64,000 nucleotides of DNA. Source: Massalongia carnosa (lineage: Eukaryota). The translations under genes and the position numbers were made by a program. The notes under the pieces were generated by a model. That model was not told where the DNA came from and searched no databases. It saw only the letters and a list, made by a program, of their open reading frames with translations. The DNA lies in contig OZ287068.1 in the NCBI GenBank assembly GCA_965645245.1, positions 186,001-250,000 on the forward strand. Direction: 5' to 3'. Shown here in pieces: positions 48,501 through 60,826 of the stretch; positions within the stretch are counted from its first letter, which is position 1; every line of letters starts with the position of its first letter.

Positions 48501-49631
48501 ATAGTAGACCGTCTAACAAAAAGACGATTATACGAACCGCTTACGTCACTCTCCACCGACGAATTAATGGACGCCATGTCTCGACGACTCTTCTCCTCGT
48601 ATGGCTTTCCATTGTCAACGGTAAACGATCGAGGTAGTCAGCTGACTGCTCATCTGTGGAAAAGAATTTGTGAAAGATACGGAGTAAAGATAAAGTTCTC
48701 TTCAGCGTATCATCCAGAAACGGATGGTCAAACTGAGAATGCAAATAAAGTAATGAAGAACTACCTTCGATCATACATCAATTATGCTCAGGACAACTGG
48801 GTCGACTATCTTTCAGATGCCGAGTTCGCCGTCAACAATCATGTTAACGTTTCGACAGGAATGACCCCATTTTTCGCAGATCACGGCTTTCATCCTCGTT
48901 CGGGAATAGAGCCTCCAGGAACATATGAAGAAAAGGGAAAAGCCGAGATACTTCATGCTGACAAAATAGTCGCTCGCCAGGAAGCAATGCGAGAATGGTT
49001 AAGAAATCAGCTAACATGGGCCCAGGAAGAACAAACACGACATGCTAACAAAGATCGTCAACCGCACCCAGAATACAAAGTGGGCGATTTAGTGTACGTT
49101 AATGCTAAACATTTCGCATCAGAGCGTCCAAGTCGTTCCCTCGGGTTTAAAAACGTTGGTCCCTGGAAAATTGTTAGGATAATCGATAACAAGGCATATG
49201 AGCTTGACATACCACAGCATTTAAAGAATGTGGGACTCACCCCAATATTTCATCCATGGAAGTTGCATCTCGCTCCGTCCAATCCGTTCCCAGGGCAAGT
49301 ACTGCCTCCCGGCCCACCTGTCTTGATCACCGAGAACGATAAGGAGGCAACACATGAAGAGTGGGAAATCTTAGAGATAGTGGACTGTCGAGAGACAAGG
49401 AAATTTGGGGTACAGTATAAGGCTACATATATTGGAAATTGGGACGAATGGAACGCTGACCCACCTTGGCAACCATGGACCGACTTCAGAAAGTCTATCG
49501 AAAAGGTTCTGCAATATCATAGAGAACATCCTCGAAAACCGAAGGCGCCAGAGGACCGCACAGGGATGGATCAGACGATCGATAACGTCAGACCATCTAC
49601 GGAAACCGTAGATGGACCCGATGAGGCTTAG
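45559..49631 (+). pseudogene. pol: Gypsy-4 pol, disrupted
   Basis: LVDNG, YLDD, RNase H, integrase, divergent chromodomain. Frameshift near 46538; TAG at 48297-48299. Confidence 0.92.
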
Positions 49632-50188
49632 CTTCGAATAAGGGATTATTCGTTTCTTTAGTCAAGAATTGGTTGAACGGAGCGGATTATTCACGACTCC
49701 GAGACGTCGTCCATAGAAGGGGGGTAGTGTCAGGGTCCTGGCCTGACCCGACATGCTCTGGTGGTCACGGGACAGCGTGACTCGCCTAAGCAGTAGCGCG
49801 CGTCGCTTGACTGGCTAGCGCACCCACGGTAGATTATGTTTAGGAGTTCAGCGATGATTATTCTTTTCTTTCCTTCCTTGTAGTTAAATTCTAGTTCATA
49901 GCTACTGAATAATATCAGGGCAAGCTGCCTGACATCGCATTCGAAACAACTTCATTTGTATTGTCTACAAATGAGTCCCATTCCTCAGCCCGAGCGGGAT
50001 CACTCCATTGCATGGATTTTCTGATTTTCGGTCCCCATTGACTCAAACCATACTCAATGTCAGCTACTTTTGTCGGTTGGATTTGACGAGGTAGGGGTAG
50101 AGGTAATGAGGGCTCATTATTCAAACTGTTTAATGAATCATTGGGATCATTGAGATTGAAATTTTTCAGCTGACGAATGCATGCCTTT

Positions 50189-51115
50189 TGTCAAGGACTG
50201 GGTTAGGGATTGAACTAATGTTCCTAAGACTGGGATTGGGTGATCAAGATGTCTTTATTAATGAAGCTATAGCTAGGGGATGGTTTGCTATACAAGACGT
50301 CGGACGAGGAGTCAACTATCTACAGGATATGTCCTCTTTTTATACCTGAGCCAGCCCCTTCTTTCTCATGTTTTACCTTCACCCTAGATGAGAGATTTTG
50401 GTGATGGTGGCGGCGATAAGGTGGAACGATAAGTGGGCCCGTGGATGTGATCGTTCTAGCGATAAGAGGGTATATGAAACGGGGAGACCTTCTCCCAGCA
50501 GGCATTCACTACTGGAAGATGGGATCCACAGGGGCTACACAACGTGATGGTCACAATAGAGGTACAAATAGGTTGGGTCGGGTCAAAGGGTAGACTAAAT
50601 GCTACCCTTTTAAAGTGCTTGATCATTGATCTATATAGGATAGGACAATCCATAACCTAAGCTCTTCTTCCATACCTTGCCCATACTACCTGGTATTTTC
50701 GGACTCCGAAATACTTCGGACACCGAAAGACACGGGTAGATAAGACTAGGCAGGTGAGCTAGGGGAGGTGAGGCGGGGCGAGGGGATACTTCGTGTACTA
50801 CGAAAACACCTCCATAATAAGTTAAGTCCCCACACAATGCCTAACTGGGTTAGGCGGGACCTTATTGTCTTGGTGGTTGTTTTGGCTGTACGTATCCCAC
50901 ATAGCCACATAGGCCAGTCTTACGTTCAACGAACGCATACTAGGCCTACCCTATTACAGTATAGTGGAGTGAGGAGATTGGTTGAGTGGAGTAAGGGGTT
51001 TATTCAGACTCATACCGAGGATGAATCTGAATAGGCTTTCAGGTGGCTTTTACCTCGATCGCCGCTTGACGGTTCGGTAATTATTAGGTTTTAACTCAAA
51101 CTTTATTTCATGACA
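50189..51115 (-). mobile_element. solo LTR (Gypsy-type) inserted in the pogo transposase
   Basis: TGTCA...TGACA; TSD CCTTT. Confidence 0.9.
50475..50958. mobile_element. solo LTR nested in the preceding solo LTR
   Basis: TG...CA; TSD GTATA; inverted homologue of 6019-6503. Confidence 0.92.
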
Positions 51116-52680
51116 CCTTTGGATCAATCGGCCACATTCCCGACTTTTCAAATGCATGCCGAATCGTAAAGTCTTGAATGTATGATTTCTGATTTTGGTC
51201 AAGTCCTGTATAAATTGAGACAGAGAATACTCGACAAATGACGACGCAACGACTTCCTCAATAGCTTTGCAATGCCAATGCTTATAAGGCTGAAATACGC
51301 CCACATCCAATGGTTGCATGCCATGAGTTAAATGCGGTATAAAGGGAAAGGGTCGAATGCGATTCTCATTGGCCAAAAGTGAAAATTCAGGGGTTGTATG
51401 ACTGCCATGATTATCCATCAGCAATAATTGCCATTCCGCATCAGGTCCTGCATTTGTATGTTTGATAAGATGCTTCAAATATTCAATTGCTATCTTATCA
51501 GATGTAAAACCACTGTTCGAGGGCACGACATACGTGCCCTCGGGCACACCTTCTAAAAACCATCTGGCCATGATGTCATGACCCTATACGATGATCATTG
51601 GAGGGGGGGGATAGTCGCCGGCAGCATTGATAGTCTCAATAACTGTCGCAGATCTGCGATTTTCCGGGCTGACGGCGTAGAATTGTTTGATTTCCTCAGG
51701 AACAATGATTTCCTGACCCCTCATGCATCCAACCCGAAAACCAGCTTCATCAAAGTTCAAATGTTCCGACTTTTTCGAATTTTCAACTCTTTCAACACCT
51801 CTCTATACCTTTCAAACCATTCTATCACATCTGATTCTTGGGCAGCTTCATAACGAATCATTACTAGTGGTTTTGTCTTTATTTTATGAAGTTTGTTACA
51901 TTTCCACCAGCTCCGAAACCATCTTCTTGACGGGCCTACCTCGAGGGGGTTATGGGCCTTTTTCAGACTTACAATAGCCTTGAAAACCATCTGATATGTA
52001 GGAAGAATTCCATGCATCAATAAGGACTTAATAAATCCAGTAATTGACCTTGCCTCATGCTCCCTCAGTATCTGATTTTGTCCTCCATTTTTCCTCCCTT
52101 CTGGTCGACGAATGGAAGACGTCAAAGTTTTGACGTTGATATTGTAGATTCTAGCTGCAGTCGTTTTACTTTCTTTGGGATGATTTGTCAGAAATTCCTT
52201 CGCCTTTTCCAATCTTTCCATGGGGTTGAGAGTGGAGACAAGGGAGGCGTCGTTATCCATGATACGAAAGGGGAGATTGGTTTGGGGGATTGATTCGAGA
52301 GGAAAGAATTTGAATTGATGATCAGTTGGGTCGGAGAAATAATTTTCAAGCTATGTACGGTATTGGCTGATTTTTAATCAATTTGGTTGTTGGTCAACAA
52401 TCAAAAAGGTGAAGAAATTTGAATTTGGGGGGATGCAACCGCTTTCCGGGATGCAACCGCTTTCCCCGACTAAAATGCGGTCGACATTTTTTCAAGTCGG
52501 ATCCCGGAGGTAAGCGAGCCGACGATTAGAATAAACAGCCCTTCGCCCACCTCTTTCGGAGTGCCACTGATCAATCTATTGATTACACTCCACCTACTGC
52601 TATTCCATAGCGGCTCCTATTCTATTGTCCTACCACTACTGTAGAGCCATATAGTCACACTGTTCGTACTTCGCCTCACA

Positions 52681-53866
52681 ATGATGTGGCCATTCAAGAT
52701 GCGATTGCGGAGTTCAATGTAGAGTATACAGTAACTCGATTTTGTCAAGATCTTACCAAAATACGAGATAACACATTCAAGAAATCAACTATTCAATCTG
52801 CCTTTGAAAAATCTGGAATTTGGCCTATTAATGAGAAGAAATGCACTGAACAGCTAAAGAAGTTTGTACCTTCGCAAAATGAGAATAATTCTTCTTCTTT
52901 TCCAACATTGCCACGAGTTCAACCTAAAACGGTTGATGATGTTGAAAGAGGATTACTTGAATGGCTACCCAAAATTCGCGATAATACACAATGGGGTGAT
53001 CCAGTCCGGGAACAGGAGTTAGAGGAATTCGTGAGTAATACGAAGGAAGTTGTTGCCAAATCGACGCTTACGAAATTCGAACTGTCACTTCATCATGAGC
53101 GAAGAAGCAATGAATTACTACAGAGAGCAACTTCTCGCAAGCGATTAAGACCTAATTACTCGACAGACGGAGGATTAGGACTCACGAAGGAGGATGCGCA
53201 ACGAGCAATTGTTGAAAGACAGCAAAAAGACGAGCAGATAGAAAAGAAACGAGAGCACAACAACTTCATGAGAATATGGCGAATGAAAAGAGATAGTGTA
53301 CATACACGCGGAAGGTATTATCGCTCGAAAGAATGAAAAGATCCGAATAAAACATATTAAAGACCTCGCAAAACAGGGAGTTAGCATATCCGATGAAATG
53401 TTGACTCCAATTGATGATCCTGAGGCCATTTGGAAGGCGAGCGACATTACTTGGCAGACGGAAGAGACCAAAAAAAGGACGAAGAAAGGAGTAAAAGATA
53501 CTCATATATTCAATGATGAAGAGGAAGAGACAGAGACTACCATTATCATGGATACTGTAGGTGATCAAAATCTACGATTTATAGGTGAAGGTGATTCTAT
53601 TCGTCAACCAAAAGACTTCGTTGCCTTTGAAATGGAAGAGGAAGTAGGCGACGATGTCGACCACAGTGACGAGGATGATGTTCAGGAGCAGTTGGGTTAT
53701 TATTAATATAACTACTATTATAACACTTTTCATGCTTGATCTTTGTAGAAAAAAATTCCAATCGTTATTTGATTGAATTTTTGCGTGTAAAAGTTGAAAA
53801 GACGAACTTTGCTTTCCGCCGAACTTTGCTTTCCCCCACGAGGTAAGCGAGAGACTAGCCGACGAT
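52681..53866 (+). mobile_element. 3' half of a pogo/Fot1-type transposon
   Basis: ORFs 52686-53336 and 53296-53706 resemble the C-terminus of the 42752-52526 transposase. Right end has GAACTTTGCTTTCC direct repeats and ...GACGAT plus TA. Confidence 0.8.
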
Positions 53867-55186
53867 TAGCACTTAAAGTAGAAAGTTATAGTGCTGTAAC
53901 TGGTAGGTTCAGTCACTTCATCTATGATTGACCCTCCGATATCGCACGATCATCGGGCTACAGATATCTACTTTGGATTGACAATAGCGACGGTCCACCT
54001 AGCCTTATCGGAGGCCGGCCTTACAATAGGCCGGCCCCCTGAATCCTAATGCGGTAAGGTGGACAAGGAGGTGTTTGCTATAGCAAACAATCTGGTCAAT
54101 AAGGTCCTCGGGAGGACCCCCTCGAACTTCCTTCCTTCTAGATAGCATTAATATAATCACCTTTCAAAGCCTTCAGTCTGCCACTAAGCCTCCTGTAATC
54201 AAAGGGTTATGAGCCCGGCTAGACGCTAGGGAAGTGCTATATAATCTCTTCTCTTCCTACATATCTAGTCCATTTTCCTTGTAGGCCAATTATCAAGCCT
54301 CAAAGAACCTCCTCAGCTGTCGGTGCTTAGTCTTCAACAATGGGACTAGAAACCTATCAGATAAAGCCGTTGGTAGGTGAAAAGAACTACAATGTATGGA
54401 AGGAGGAGGTGAAAGGCCTCCTCAGTTTAGACGAACTGTGGGATATAGTTAAAGGGGAAGAACTCCGACCCCTTAATGCTCCGCCTCGACCAGTGGACTC
54501 CCTTCTAAGATAGAGGATGGAGTCACCACCCCGGCCATAGTAGTGACACAAAGCACTATTGAGCGGTGGGAGGACAAACTGGAGGCCTTCAAGGACAAAC
54601 AGAAGAAATGGGACAAGCGAAGGGTAAAAGCAGCTACCAAGATATACTTGAACTGTGGAACAGGCCCGCGAGTCCATATAGAGAGCCTGGAAGACCCAAA
54701 AGAGATGGGGGATGTACTGGAAAAGCATTACAAAGCAACAAGTCTGGCCACTAGAGACCTGGCATTCCTTCAACTTCGTGCTAGCCAATCAGATTTCAAA
54801 TCCATTCAGGAGTACGCCGAACAACTAAAGAAGGCCCACTCCCAGTTGATACAACTCGGTCACAAGTTACCAGACTGGTTTCTCTCTACCTCGTTCCGAC
54901 TTGGTCTTAAACCGGACCTGGAAACTTATATCTTCAGTCTCGTAGAGGCTGCAAGAGCAAACATGAGGGAGTTAGACGTTGACGAGATGATGATGGCCTT
55001 AATAGATCATGATAACCGCCAACATAACTTAGAGGAATCCAACAAGGCACTGACGGCTAAGTTCAATAGGAAGGAAAAGAAAGAAGAAGATAAGAAGAGC
55101 AAAAAGGAGAAAAAGGAGAAAAAGACCAATTCCTCAAAATGTGAATACTGTGACGGTCCTGGCCACAACAAGACCAATTGCTATTA

Positions 55187-57133
55187 ATCGTGCCACACCA
55201 CCAGTAATCGTTTTCGCTTACTAGTGCCCAACGGCTCAAAGTCCAAAACGGTTCAAAGACCAAATTAACTATTTATTTCATCCTTCACCAAACGCTTGCC
55301 TATTCCACACCACCATGACTGATTCGTTCTGGGACTCTGAAAATCGTCTTGATGAGGCCATCAGCGCGTATAACAATGGAGATTATTCTAGTGCCAGCGC
55401 TGTTGCTCGAGAATTTCACGTCGATTCGAGGACACTTCGTCGAAGGCTTAATGGAGGGGCTTCCAAATCAACTCGTTCACCAAGCAACAAAGCACTTACG
55501 AATGCACAAGAAAGGGCTATTTGTGCTTACATTGAGCGATTGGATCATATGGAACAATCAGCTAAGCTCTCGATGGTTCGTGGAGCTGCTAATTATCTGC
55601 TCGGTCGAGCATTAGTTGGACAAACAGACCGTGATCATACCGACTCTCCACTTCCTATCGTAAGCGCCATGTGGACCAGACGATTTTTAAAACGTCATCC
55701 GGAGTACTTCAAACGTAAACAAAAACCTCTTGCTGTTGAGAGTAAACAATCGCACGATTCGGAGAGTATGATGAAGCATTTTCAGCAGTACAAGGCCCTT
55801 CGAGAGTTGAGAGGAATCGTGGACGAGGACACCTGGAACATGGATGAAACGGGCTTTCGAATTGGCTGTGGAAGAGCTCATTGGGTGATTTCGACTCATT
55901 CCCATAAGCCTCTTTTGATGACGGATCCAGACAACAGAGACTACATCACCTCGGTGGAGAGTATTAGTGGTGGAGGGAGGGATATTCCCCCCATGATCAT
56001 ACTTCCTGGCGTACAAATCAAGGAGAAATGGGCCCTGGAGAATGATTTGGATGATGACATTCTTTTCGCCGTCAGTCCAACGGGTTATTCAAATGATGAC
56101 CTCGCTATTGACTGGTTGAGACATTTTGATAAACATAGTGCAAAAGGGCAAATTGGTGCATGGAGGTTGTTGATTTTGGACGGATATGGATCTCATATGA
56201 CGTATGAATTTTTCGAGTATGCACAGAGCAAGCACATCGAATTATTCAGATTACCTGCTCATTCAACTCATCTGACCCAACCACTGGACGTTGGATGCTT
56301 TCGGCCGTTCAAACATTACCATGCTGAGGCCATTGATGAGGCTATTCGTGCCGGAGCAGGGGAGTTCAGCAAGATTGACTTTTTGTCGATTTTTCAGGAT
56401 ATGCGCTTCAAAACATTCACCAAATCGACGATTTTAGCTGCATTCAGGAACACAGGACTAGTGCCTTATAATCCAAATGTGGTCATTTCGAAAATCGAGG
56501 CGCAAATTCGTCAAAAGCCAACTACCCCTCCACCCCCACCATCGGCCCCATTATTGGCCAGAACACCTCGCACTTTCACTGAGGTCATCATCTTTGGCAC
56601 TAAACTTCAAAGAAGCATGCAGACAAATGATGCTGTCGGCGGAGATTATAAATTGCATGTCGATCGCTTTTTCAAAGGTGCTATGGCCAGCGCTCATGCT
56701 CAGCAGTTGGCCGAAAGGGACTTATTGACCTCAGCTAAAGCCTCAATTGCTAAGGCGGCGCGTAAAAAGCTTGCTAGAACTGTTGCTCAGTCAGGTAGGG
56801 TCATCACCGTTCGAGACTTACGTGCTAAAGTCACCAAACGAAATGAAGATGAGGTGGAAAAGGCACAGAAGGCCTTGGACCGAGCTAAAGCGGCCGCGTT
56901 GAAAAAACAACAGGTCATCGACAACGCCGAAAAGAAGCTCTGGAAAGGACTGTTTCGTGAGGCCAATACCTTCCTCCGAGCACGTAAAAAATGGGAGGTT
57001 GAAAGGACCAAATGGTGGAAGGCTTTTCGTAGTCAAATTGAACATACATAGTTAATTTGGTCTTTGAACCGTTTTGGTCTTTGAGCCGTTGGGCACTAGT
57101 AAGCGAAAACGATTACTGGTGGTGTGGCACGAT
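55187..57133 (+). mobile_element. intact pogo/Fot1-type transposon inserted in Copia C gag
   Basis: 86-bp TIRs (55187-55272 and 57048-57133, one mismatch seen); TA TSD; removal restores NCYYLNATNRPD. Confidence 0.96.
55315..57051 (+). CDS. pogo/Fot1 DDD transposase, 578 aa, uninterrupted
   Basis: HTH/CENP-B-like N-terminus; NMDETG, ILDGYGSH, QPLDVG. Confidence 0.95.
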   Translation: MTDSFWDSENRLDEAISAYNNGDYSSASAVAREFHVDSRTLRRRLNGGASKSTRSPSNKALTNAQERAICAYIERLDHMEQSAKLSMVRGAANYLLGRALVGQTDRDHTDSPLPIVSAMWTRRFLKRHPEYFKRKQKPLAVESKQSHDSESMMKHFQQYKALRELRGIVDEDTWNMDETGFRIGCGRAHWVISTHSHKPLLMTDPDNRDYITSVESISGGGRDIPPMIILPGVQIKEKWALENDLDDDILFAVSPTGYSNDDLAIDWLRHFDKHSAKGQIGAWRLLILDGYGSHMTYEFFEYAQSKHIELFRLPAHSTHLTQPLDVGCFRPFKHYHAEAIDEAIRAGAGEFSKIDFLSIFQDMRFKTFTKSTILAAFRNTGLVPYNPNVVISKIEAQIRQKPTTPPPPPSAPLLARTPRTFTEVIIFGTKLQRSMQTNDAVGGDYKLHVDRFFKGAMASAHAQQLAERDLLTSAKASIAKAARKKLARTVAQSGRVITVRDLRAKVTKRNEDEVEKAQKALDRAKAAALKKQQVIDNAEKKLWKGLFREANTFLRARKKWEVERTKWWKAFRSQIEHT

Positions 57134-60100
57134 TATCTGAATGCAACCAACCGGCCCGATAACTGAAAACCGGCCCCATCTAAGGAAAACTTGGTGAAGA
57201 ATAAGAAGGAGGATAGGAAGGAGGATAAGGACAAGAAGGAGTCTAATCCCTCGTCCAAATCAGCCTTCGTTCCAAGATCAATGGTAACTAAGAGCCTCTT
57301 TACTAACGTCCATAAGTCTCAAAATAAAGATCGTACCTGGTGGATAGACTCGGCTTCCGATGTCCATATTTGCTATGACAAAGACCTATTTGATGACTAT
57401 CAACCAATTAGAGGGAAGGTCATAAAAACAGCCAACTCCACTGACATGATTATTAAAGGAATAGGATCTGTTACCCTATATCTAGACGTGGATGGTGAAT
57501 CAAAGGCTGTGTGCCTAAAGGATGTCCATCACGTACCCGAGTCAGGATACAATCTGTTTTCTGTAGGTGTTATTGAGTCAAAAGGATTCGAATTTCGAGT
57601 AGGAAAAGGAAGAACTGAATGTTTTGCCCCTGACGGAGAACTCTGTCTTACTGGTACTCGTCAGTCTTCTGGATCTACACACTCGATCGACCTGGACCAA
57701 TCAAAGACCTTACATACCTCTTACAAATCCTCTGACAATGCCTCGTGGACGGTGTGGCACCGACGATTAGCCCATCTCAACATGAAGGACGTCAAGATTT
57801 TAGCTAAACTCTCCATTGGTATTGATGCAATTAAGGCTGATAAATGTGAATCAGCAGAACCTAAAATCAACGTGTGTCCATGTGCAATAGGAAAACAACA
57901 TCGAAATCCAGTTAGAATTCAACGACTAAAGGCCACCAACATCGGTGAAATCGTACATACCGACATTGCTGGCGGGGGGGACATACCTCAGAAAATTGGG
58001 GGAGCCAAGTATGCTGCCTCCTTCGTTGACGATTTTACTGACTGGACGGTGATTTACCTTCTGAAGAAAAAATCCTAATTAAAGAAGATCCTAAAGGACT
58101 ATTTAGCATGGATGAAGACACAAGGACATCCGGTCAAACTTATGCGCAGTGACAACGGAGGGGAGTATGCTGGCCATCAGACCTTACAAATTTTGAAGGA
58201 CAATGGCATCGAGTGGGATGCGACAGCACCACACAATCCGAATCAGAATGGGATAGCCGAGAGGTGCTTTCGCACCCTCTTCGAGCGAACCCGTGCGATT
58301 CTTATTGACAGTGGAATGCCTTCTAATCAATGGGGGGAGGCTATTTCCTACGTTACTTACCTGAGAAACAGGAGTCCAAGGCATGGTGATAAAACACCCT
58401 TCGAACTGATGCATGGCAGACAGCCAGACTTGTCGGGTGATCGTATCTTCGGGTGCGTAGCATACTCTTACAATGTTGACCCTCAGAAGGAGAAGCTGGA
58501 CGACAGAAGCATCAAATGCAGATTTCTTGGCCTTCAAGGCAACAACAAGTATCGCCTTTGGGACCTCACCTCCAAGAAACTCATCATTTCGGCACACGTG
58601 CTATGGGACGAGACCGCATCCCTTTCGGTTGAAGAATCGGGGGATGGTGACGATGACGACTATGGCTTCTTACAATTCTTCTACCGAAATGGTGACGACG
58701 AGGTGGACACATCAGGGGTGATAATTTATGCAAATGAAGAGGAGGAACTCGTTGATGAGGAAGCCCCTAAACGGCCTTTAGAACCGGAATTTGCAGATGA
58801 AGGAACCGGGAGAGAGGACGATGATAAATCAGAAAGTTCAGAAAATTCCGAGGACTCACAAGTAGCCGGCCTGACCTCTGGGTCATCAACTGCTCCTTTT
58901 ACAGGCCAATTTACTAGTAATTCCGAGCAGTCGATCAAATCCGCACCAGGACAGGTACCTCAGGAACCTAGACCACCACCTTCATCAATATCATCATCCC
59001 GACCATCCCGAAACACCTCTCGACCCGATTATGCTAAATTAGCTGATCCATGGTCTAAGAAGGAGGTAACAAGGGATTCGCATTGAGAGCTCTTAAGGCC
59101 TCCTTAAACGACCTCACCGTCCCCAGCACCTACAAGGAGGCCATTCAGTCTTCAGAGGCTACCGAATGGATCCGAGCATCAGAGGAGGAGGTTGAATCTC
59201 ATTCCATCAACGGGACCTGGGACCTGGAAATTCCACCACCTGGTAGGAAGATCCTCCCTGGTAGATGGGTTTATACCACCAAACTCGGTCCGGATGGGGA
59301 AATATCTCGATATAAGGCCCGATGGGTAGGTAAAGGTTTTTGCCAGATAGAAGGCATTGACTATAATCAAACCTATGCCAGCGTGGTCAAATCAATGACA
59401 TGGAAGGCCCTGCTGGCTATAGCGGCTAGATATGACCTGGAGGACGAACAGATCGACGTGGTCACCGCTTTCCTTGAGGCCCCTCTAAAAGAGGAGGTCT
59501 GGATGGAACAACCCCATGGGTTTGTCAAACCAGGGGGATATGCCTGTCGCTTGAAGAAGGCCTTGTATGGTCTCAAGCAGGCCCCCCGTGAATGGTATTC
59601 CACCCTCACTGACTATCTTATCACCATGGGCTATAGGAGAGTGGACGAGGACCATTCGGTCTATATTCATCAGCAAATGGCATCACAATAGCGATTTATG
59701 TGGATGATCTACTTCTCATCGGACCCTCTCTTTCGGACATCAGTCTCTTGAAGACTGAATTGTCTCACCGATTCCGGATCAAGGATCTCGGACCAATTAA
59801 TTTCTATTTAGGGATGCACGTCACTCGGGACCGGCCAAATAGAAGAATATATGTTCATCAATCGGCGTACATTAGGCGGGTCATCGATGCAGTCGACATG
59901 TCCGATTGCAAATCCGTCAAAACACCCATGGAGACCAATCTTCTTCTGGTCAAGAATTACTATAAAGACAAGATATACGAGGCCACAAATAGAGAGATCA
60001 AGGCATAGCAAGTGCTTATTGGATCTCTATTGTGGTTAGCATGTATGACTCGGCCGGATATTGCTTACTCGGTGAATCGCTGCAGTAGATATTCAATCAA

Positions 60101-60826
60101 TCCTACCCCCTATCAAGGCGCAATCTTAAAAAGAATCATTCGATATTTGGCTGGAACAAGGGACCTAGGCCTATGTTTTGGATCCTCCTATGAGGGTATT
60201 CACACCGATTTAATCGGTTATACTGATGCCTCTTATGGAGACTGTCTGGACACTAGTAGATCCACTTCCCCCTATGTCTTCCTCCTGAACAGCGGACCAA
60301 TCAGCTGGTCAACGAAACGCCAGGCCTCGGTGGCCACCTCCACAGCTGAGGTTGAGTATATGGGGGAGTGCCATGCTGGCAAGGAGGCTGTCTTCTTGGC
60401 GAATGCCTTGAAATCCTTGGGATATGGTGTCAATGGCCCCGTCCCTCTGAAAGCTGACAATAAGGCGGCTATAAAGCTAGCCGACAACCCCATCAATCAT
60501 CCTCGAGCCAAACACATCGATATCCAGTATCATAAGACGAGGGAGCTGATCGCTGAGGGAGCTATTCAAATTAGCTATGTGCCCACTTAAGGATATGATA
60601 GCTGATGGACTAACCAAGCCTCTACCGTGGATCTCCTTTCGAAGGTTCATCGATCAGATGAATATGACCACTGCCCCTGAGGCATCAAATCAATGAGGTT
60701 GATTCAAGGTTGGAACTTTCCTATTGTGAGGGAGCTTTGGATTGACAATAGCGACGGTTCACCTAGCCTTCTCGGAGGCCGGCCTTACAATAGGCCGGCC
60801 CCCTGAATCCTAATGCGGTAAGGTGG

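Larger units (their letters stand above)
43564..49934 (+). mobile_element. Gypsy-4: full-length element with identical 207-bp LTRs
   Basis: LTRs 43564-43770 and 49728-49934; TSD TCGCA; PPT AGAAGGGGGG. Confidence 0.97.
42752..52526 (-). mobile_element. pogo/Fot1-type transposon interrupted by Gypsy-4 and a solo LTR
   Basis: Transposase pieces 52260-51116, 50188-49935, 43563-42948 (NFDEAG, MDNHGSH, QPLDVG). About 90-bp inner TIR match, 42752-42841 vs 52342-52430. Outer left TIR missing. Confidence 0.88.
54340..60696 (+). pseudogene. Copia C gag-pol, disrupted by stops, frameshifts and a pogo insertion
   Basis: CEYC...GH...C, WWIDSAS, WHRRLAH, SDNGGEY, YVDD, ADGLTK. Confidence 0.9.
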
